This document shows positions 59,236-64,000 of a stretch of 64,000 bases of DNA, piece after piece. A model generated the notes under the pieces. The model was not told the DNA's origin. It searched no databases and was given only the letters and a program-made list of their open reading frames with translations. Origin of the DNA: an uncultured Bacilli bacterium. GTDB taxonomy: Bacteria; Bacillota_I; Bacilli_A; RF39; UBA660. The translations under genes and the position numbers were made by a program. Location of the stretch: positions 25,258 through 89,257 of the forward strand of contig CANQPC010000001.1 in assembly GCA_947625625.1 (NCBI GenBank), given 5' to 3'. The stretch's first letter is position 1. Every line of letters starts with the position of its first letter.

Positions 59236-59433
59236 ATTTTTTCTTTTTTTTGATTAATTTTCCTCACTTTATCTAATTTCATTTATTTTTATTCCCTCCT
59301 TACTTTAGATACGATTTATTGGGTCGTATTTTTTTTTTATTTAATTTTATGTTTTTGTGATATACTTAATTTAAGAGAGGTGATTTGACAAAAATAGATG
59401 AAATAATTATAATACTCGCCTGAGGTGAGGAAA

Positions 59434-60429
59434 ATGAGCTTTGAAGATGCTTATGAGGAATTTAAAATCTATGCTTCAAAACGGCATAAAAAAGAAAGTT
59501 TTGGAAATATTACTCGCGATTTTAATTGTAAGATATTACCTTATTTTGAGGGGAGAAAGATAGAGTCATTAACTAAGAATGATATTCTTAGGTGGAAAGA
59601 TGATTTATTATCTTTTGATTATAGTAAAAAATATCTTTCAAAATTATATTATGTTTTTTGTATTTTCTTTGATTATTGTTGCCTTTATTATGATATAGAA
59701 GATAATATTGTTAGAGATGTTGGTAATTTTAAAATTCAGCCTAAAAAGGTAAAAAGTGATTTTTATACTAGACAAGAGTTTGAACGTTTTATTACTGGCT
59801 TTGATAATATAGTTTATAAGTCATTTTTTATACTTATGTTTTATACTGGTTGTCGTCCTAGTGAGGCTATGGCTTTGAAGTTTAGTGATGTAAGAGGCAA
59901 GTATCTTTCTATTAATAAGTCAATAGAGAGAAGAGGGGAAAGAAATATTTGTACTACAAAAAATGTTTATTCTGTTAGAGATGTTATTCTTTGTAATAGA
60001 GTTCTTTCCTGTATTTCTGATTTGAAAAAATATTATATAATTAAATACGGGCAATTTTTCGAAGATTATTTTATCTTTGGAGGCATTAAGCCATTAAGTG
60101 GTACTTCTATTGATAGATATAAAAAAAAGGCTTGTGAGAGGGCTAAAATTAGGTGTATAACTCAACATCAATTTAGACATAGTTATGCTACTTATTTAAT
60201 TAGTAATGGTATTCCTATTAATACTGTTTCTAGATTGCTAGGACATAGTAGTGTTGATACTACTGCTAGAATTTACGTACATCAAGATTTGAGCCAAGAA
60301 AAAAGAGTATTAAATACTCTTAATTCGCCGATATTTTCTTTTGGAAATATTACTCGCGATTTTAATTGTAAAATATTACTTTTTTTAAAAAGAAAAATAT
60401 CTATCTTAAAACATTTTTCAATGTTTTAA
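59434..60429 (+). CDS. Tyrosine site-specific integrase/recombinase (phage integrase family) with repeat-derived C-terminal extension
   Basis: C-terminal catalytic region RHSYATYLISNG..LGHSSVDTTARIYVH (R..H..R..Y); GAGGTGAGG RBS before ATG 59434. Confidence 0.75.
   Translation: MSFEDAYEEFKIYASKRHKKESFGNITRDFNCKILPYFEGRKIESLTKNDILRWKDDLLSFDYSKKYLSKLYYVFCIFFDYCCLYYDIEDNIVRDVGNFKIQPKKVKSDFYTRQEFERFITGFDNIVYKSFFILMFYTGCRPSEAMALKFSDVRGKYLSINKSIERRGERNICTTKNVYSVRDVILCNRVLSCISDLKKYYIIKYGQFFEDYFIFGGIKPLSGTSIDRYKKKACERAKIRCITQHQFRHSYATYLISNGIPINTVSRLLGHSSVDTTARIYVHQDLSQEKRVLNTLNSPIFSFGNITRDFNCKILLFLKRKISILKHFSMF
59499..59539. repeat. 41-bp direct repeat copy 1 (inside 5' end of int)
   Basis: TTTTGGAAATATTACTCGCGATTTTAATTGTAA(G)ATATTAC; 40/41 identical to 60339..60379. 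Confidence 0.6.
60339..60379. repeat. 41-bp direct repeat copy 2 (3' end of int)
   Basis: See copy 1; encodes the same FGNITRDFNCKIL peptide at both ends of Int. Confidence 0.6.
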
Positions 60430-60432
60430 TTC

Positions 60433-60455
60433 AAAGTGGTGACCAGTATGGAATT
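60433..60455. repeat. attR: 23-bp repeat overlapping tRNA-Glu 3' end
   Basis: Exact match to 58073..58095. Confidence 0.6.
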
Positions 60456-60513
60456 CGAATCCATGAATGCTGCCGTGAAAGGGCAGTGTGTTAAGCCACT
60501 TCACCAACTGGCC
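60437..60513 (-). tRNA. tRNA-Glu (anticodon UUC)
   Basis: Reverse complement GGCCAGUUGG...CUUUCAC...UUCGAAU...ACUGGUCACCA folds as cloverleaf; encoded CCA. Confidence 0.8.
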
Positions 60514-60519
60514 AAAAAA

Positions 60520-60596
<77 letters not shown>

Positions 60597-60668
60597 ATTT
60601 TTGCATTGCTTTTACATTATATCATAGAAGAAACTAATTGACAAGTATTTTTGCAAAAAACATAAAAA

Positions 60669-60744
60669 TGGTGTCCCCTTAGGGATTCGAACCCTAGACC
60701 CACTGATTAAGAGTCAGTTGCTCTACCAACTGAGCTAAGGAGAC
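60669..60744 (-). tRNA. tRNA-Lys (anticodon CUU)
   Basis: Reverse complement GUCUCCUUAGCUCAGUUGGUAGAGCAACUGACUCUUAAUCAGU...GGGGACACCA. Confidence 0.75.
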
Positions 60745-60864
60745 ATCAGTAAATACAGTTAATATTATATCATATTTTTCTTATTTGTGAACCCCTAAAA
60801 TAAAAATATTGAAAAAAAAGTTAAAATATGATATATTTAGTTTAATGAATAAAGAGAGGATGAT

Positions 60865-60999
60865 ATGATGGGAAAAGAAGTTAAAAAGAAAGAAAAGAAT
60901 GGAAATAAAGCTAATACTCCTTTAATATGTATATTTTTTGTACTTTTATTAGTAGTAATAGTTATGCTGGTGTTTCTTCTTTCAGAATATGCTTTTTAA
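60865..60999 (+). CDS. Small membrane peptide (44 aa)
   Basis: RBS AAGAGAGGA; K-rich N-term then TM helix. Confidence 0.3.
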   Translation: MMGKEVKKKEKNGNKANTPLICIFFVLLLVVIVMLVFLLSEYAF

Positions 61000-61102
61000 T
61001 TAATTAAACTAGAGAATATAAGTTCTCTTTTTTAGTGTCTGAAGTAATTGACTTTTATATAGGGATTTGTTATAATTTATTATGATAAGGTAGCGTGATG
61101 AA

Positions 61103-64000
61103 ATGAGAAAATTAGGTGGAAAAAGTTTTTGGATAATTTTAGGAATTAGTATGTTATCATTGATAGTTTTAACTGTCGGGGTAATCTTTTTAACTAGAGA
61201 ATCAGAAGAAAAGTTTTTACAAGCTGGGTATATTATAAGTAGTAATGCTACAAAAACTAATCGTTATTTTTTTGATGATGATACTGTTTATAAAGAAAAT
61301 ATATTTGATGAATATGTTTTTACTGATTCTAACAATAAAGAAGTAACTACTAGTAAAGATAATTTTATTCATTACTTAGATAATTCTATTTCATTTATGA
61401 AAAATGGTGTTATTTTAGACTTGGGCGGTTTAGATACATCTTTAGTTCCTTATTATAATATTACTAATAAGTCTGTTATTAAGTATAACAATGGTGGCTA
61501 TTATGTCGAGACAAATGATAAGACGTTAGTATTTAGTAACTTTTTAGGAAAGATAAATGATGATAAATATATAGTTGCTGGCTCTAAAGTTAGGGTTAAG
61601 CTTGCTGGAAACGATGAAGAAGTAAATGGGGAATATTTTGAAATTTTATTTGTCGAAGATGGTATTGTAAAAATAGAAAATGAAGAGGGTAGTTATCAGA
61701 CAGTAGCGGATGGTACAATTATCTATGTTGGAGATGATATTAAAATAAATCTTGGTACGGGAGAATTGTCTAAAGGTGATGAAAAGAAATTAACACTATC
61801 GGAAATGACAATTGATGGTAATGAAAATATCGATATTGTCCCTCAAGATGGATTAGTCGACAATCCTCAAGATGAAGATAATACTGACAATGGTAATAAT
61901 GATAGTGAAAATAATATTGAAAATAATTCTGACAATGGAGAACAGGACAATGAGAATATCGAAGGAACTGAAGGTAATGGTTCTGTTCTTAAGAAAGAAG
62001 TGTCTGTCGACTTACTAACGGCTGAAGTTGGTATAAATTATATTAATGCTAGTTTTCAAGTTATCGATACAGCAAATATTATTAAAGGTAATTTGGTTGC
62101 AACTTTGACTAATATGACAACTGGAGATATTGTCAACCGAAAAATATTAGAAAACGTCAGCGATATACAAAACTTTAATACTAGTTCGTTATCTCCTGAT
62201 TGTACGTATTCGATGACTGTTATCGAAGAAAATAATACTTCTGGTATTGAATATTTTAGAAGAGTTTTTAATACTGAGACACTCGACCTTCGACTTATTA
62301 GAGATTTAGTTACAACTGACTCTTTATCTTATGTTTTAGATTTTGGAATTAGTAGCGGGGTTAAGTCTGCGAATGTATCTGCTTTTGATAAAGACAATCA
62401 TCAGGTTGGAATTACACATACGATAGTGAATGGTGATACTGATGGTGTTACTTTCGAAGGATTAGAAAAGAATTCTACTTATCATATTGTCGTCGATTCG
62501 GTAATATTTGATAATACTAATTATGCACAAGTCTACAAAATAGAGACGAGTGATATGACTTTGAAAGAGAAACCAGTTCTTGGAAATATTTCAGTTTCTA
62601 CTGATATTGATAATGGAAAGTTTACTCTTAAGATGGAAGAACCAATAGATACCGACGATAGCATAGTTAGATATACTTATGAAATATATAGTGAAGATGA
62701 TTTAAAGAAAGATATGATTCCTTCACCTGTATATGTTTATCATCAAGAAGAGCTTAAAGATTTGACTTTAACTTACGCACAAAGTAAATTGGAAGAGAAG
62801 AAAAATTATCTTTTTAGAGTGGTAGTTGAATATTATGATAATTATAAATATAATGAAATAGAAACCGCGAATAGTGAATATTTTATGGTTTTGGGTAGAC
62901 CAAAAATTGAGTTTATTCCTGAAAATGTCGATTTTAATCAGATTATTGGTACAATTAAGATGGAAGATGATGGATGTACTATTCCTTTCGAGGGAAGAGT
63001 ATGTGGTACTGATACTTACAATGAGACAAGTAATATTATCGTCCGCTACAGAAGTGCTCTATCTAGCAGTTCGACGACAATTAAAGATAGTGTCTTTGTA
63101 CCAGATGAAACGGAAGAGAATGTTTATAATATGAAACTTCATCTCACTGGACTTACAGAAAATACAACATATATTTTTGAAGTTTATGCTGATATTGATT
63201 TGAAAAATGGAGCAGGATTACAAGTAGGACAATATATAGGAGGATTTACGGTAACTACTAAGGGTATCGATGCTCTTAAAATGCAAAATTGGAAGCAAAA
63301 TTCTTCGGTCTATGAAACTCCTATTTCTGTAAGTGGCGAGATGGTATCGACAGTAGCGGAAAGTGATTATTCTGATAAGTTAGCTAGTTTGACATTTAAG
63401 CTATATCAGGGTGATGTTTCTAAAAATCTTAAAGAAGGTGTTTCGGTCGATTCACTTAAATCTTTTACAGATACGGAAAGTGTAGCGGAGAAATATTATA
63501 ATAAAGAATTTTCTATTACTTCAAATATGTTTGGAATTACTAATTTAGATGAGCTTAGAGAGTTATCAGGTGGTAAGCTCAGCAGATATTATACTATCGA
63601 AGTAACTGATGCTTATGATGCTGATAGAGCTAATAGATTTGAGATTTTAGATAATATATTTGTATTTGAAACACCTTCGATATTACTTCTCGAGGATGAA
63701 GTAGAAGCTCCGACTATTATAGTGGAAGAGCTTACAAATAATCAAATGCGTTCGAATACTTTTACTAAAAAGTATGATTCTAATTTGGGAAATAATATTG
63801 TAGTAGGTTATAGAGTAATTGCTAACTTTAATAAAGAGAAAATTGAATCTTATTTTCAAGGTAATACTCCTGTCATGTCAATTAATTTTCATATATATAA
63901 AAATGGTAAGGAAGTTAATATTGCTCCTGAAGATAGAACAATTGATTTGACTAATGAGGATTCTAAGACAAAGTATTTCTTCTTGGATTATGGTACTGAT
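61103..64000 (+). CDS. Very large surface/cell-wall-associated protein (3' partial; open to window end), N-terminal signal anchor, repeated beta-rich (FN3/Ig-like) modules
   Basis: Frame open for 966 codons to the window edge; N-terminal TM FWIILGISMLSLIVLTVGVIFL; repeated ..TYxFxVxA.. blocks. Confidence 0.55.
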   Translation, partial: MRKLGGKSFWIILGISMLSLIVLTVGVIFLTRESEEKFLQAGYIISSNATKTNRYFFDDDTVYKENIFDEYVFTDSNNKEVTTSKDNFIHYLDNSISFMKNGVILDLGGLDTSLVPYYNITNKSVIKYNNGGYYVETNDKTLVFSNFLGKINDDKYIVAGSKVRVKLAGNDEEVNGEYFEILFVEDGIVKIENEEGSYQTVADGTIIYVGDDIKINLGTGELSKGDEKKLTLSEMTIDGNENIDIVPQDGLVDNPQDEDNTDNGNNDSENNIENNSDNGEQDNENIEGTEGNGSVLKKEVSVDLLTAEVGINYINASFQVIDTANIIKGNLVATLTNMTTGDIVNRKILENVSDIQNFNTSSLSPDCTYSMTVIEENNTSGIEYFRRVFNTETLDLRLIRDLVTTDSLSYVLDFGISSGVKSANVSAFDKDNHQVGITHTIVNGDTDGVTFEGLEKNSTYHIVVDSVIFDNTNYAQVYKIETSDMTLKEKPVLGNISVSTDIDNGKFTLKMEEPIDTDDSIVRYTYEIYSEDDLKKDMIPSPVYVYHQEELKDLTLTYAQSKLEEKKNYLFRVVVEYYDNYKYNEIETANSEYFMVLGRPKIEFIPENVDFNQIIGTIKMEDDGCTIPFEGRVCGTDTYNETSNIIVRYRSALSSSSTTIKDSVFVPDETEENVYNMKLHLTGLTENTTYIFEVYADIDLKNGAGLQVGQYIGGFTVTTKGIDALKMQNWKQNSSVYETPISVSGEMVSTVAESDYSDKLASLTFKLYQGDVSKNLKEGVSVDSLKSFTDTESVAEKYYNKEFSITSNMFGITNLDELRELSGGKLSRYYTIEVTDAYDADRANRFEILDNIFVFETPSILLLEDEVEAPTIIVEELTNNQMRSNTFTKKYDSNLGNNIVVGYRVIANFNKEKIESYFQGNTPVMSINFHIYKNGKEVNIAPEDRTIDLTNEDSKTKYFFLDYGTD

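Larger units (their letters stand above)
58073..60455. mobile_element. ~2.4-kb degenerate integrative islet inserted at 3' end of tRNA-Glu (attL/attR 23-bp direct repeats, tyrosine integrase)
   Basis: AAAGTGGTGACCAGTATGGAATT present at 58073..58095 and 60433..60455; second copy is the 3' end of tRNA-Glu; integrase gene adjacent to tRNA. Confidence 0.55.

Overview
The window is very AT-rich and reads as low-GC Firmicutes chromosome, probably an endospore former. Evidence for sporulation: SspI, Gpr next to rpsT, a SpoVID-like/YsxE-like gene pair, a SpoVD-type PBP, a SleB/CwlJ-type hydrolase and a SipW-type signal peptidase.

Most of the window is core genome:
- 1-21 kb: FtsX permease tail, CvpA, thioredoxin, holA, hemW, mscS, then dnaG-sigA-trmK and recD2, rpsT and gpr.
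- 21-32 kb: gap, rny, ftsY, ylxM, murE, rpsB-tsf.
- 34-40 kb: dcw-like genes (PBP, mraY, ftsW/spoVE-like).
- 42-50 kb: a ytrA-like GntR/ABC operon, an ssu-like ABC uptake operon, and a MATE efflux pump.

RNA genes and non-core features I could support:
- a tmRNA at 50739-51097 (-);
- tRNA-Glu, tRNA-Ile and tRNA-Lys at 60437-60744 (-);
- a ~600-nt promoter-to-terminator non-coding transcript at 40411-41018 (-), directly upstream of and co-oriented with a small 4-TM membrane protein. I propose it as an OLE-RNA/OapA-like ribonucleoprotein locus; it is the most interesting candidate here;
- four TasA/camelysin-like secreted proteins with SipW-cognate-type N-termini in two loci, one locus with its own sipW;
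- a ~2.4-kb degenerate integrative islet at the 3' end of tRNA-Glu, with 23-bp att direct repeats, a tyrosine integrase with an internal 41-bp direct repeat, a highly structured RNA-like region and a small hydrophobic ORF;
- unusual genes: a MATE::cytidylate-kinase-like fusion, an orphan ClpB-D1-only AAA ATPase, a kinase-like gene sitting where murE normally lies in the dcw cluster, and ribosomal protein S2 with a C-terminal extension.

No CRISPR array, transposase or restriction-modification genes were seen.
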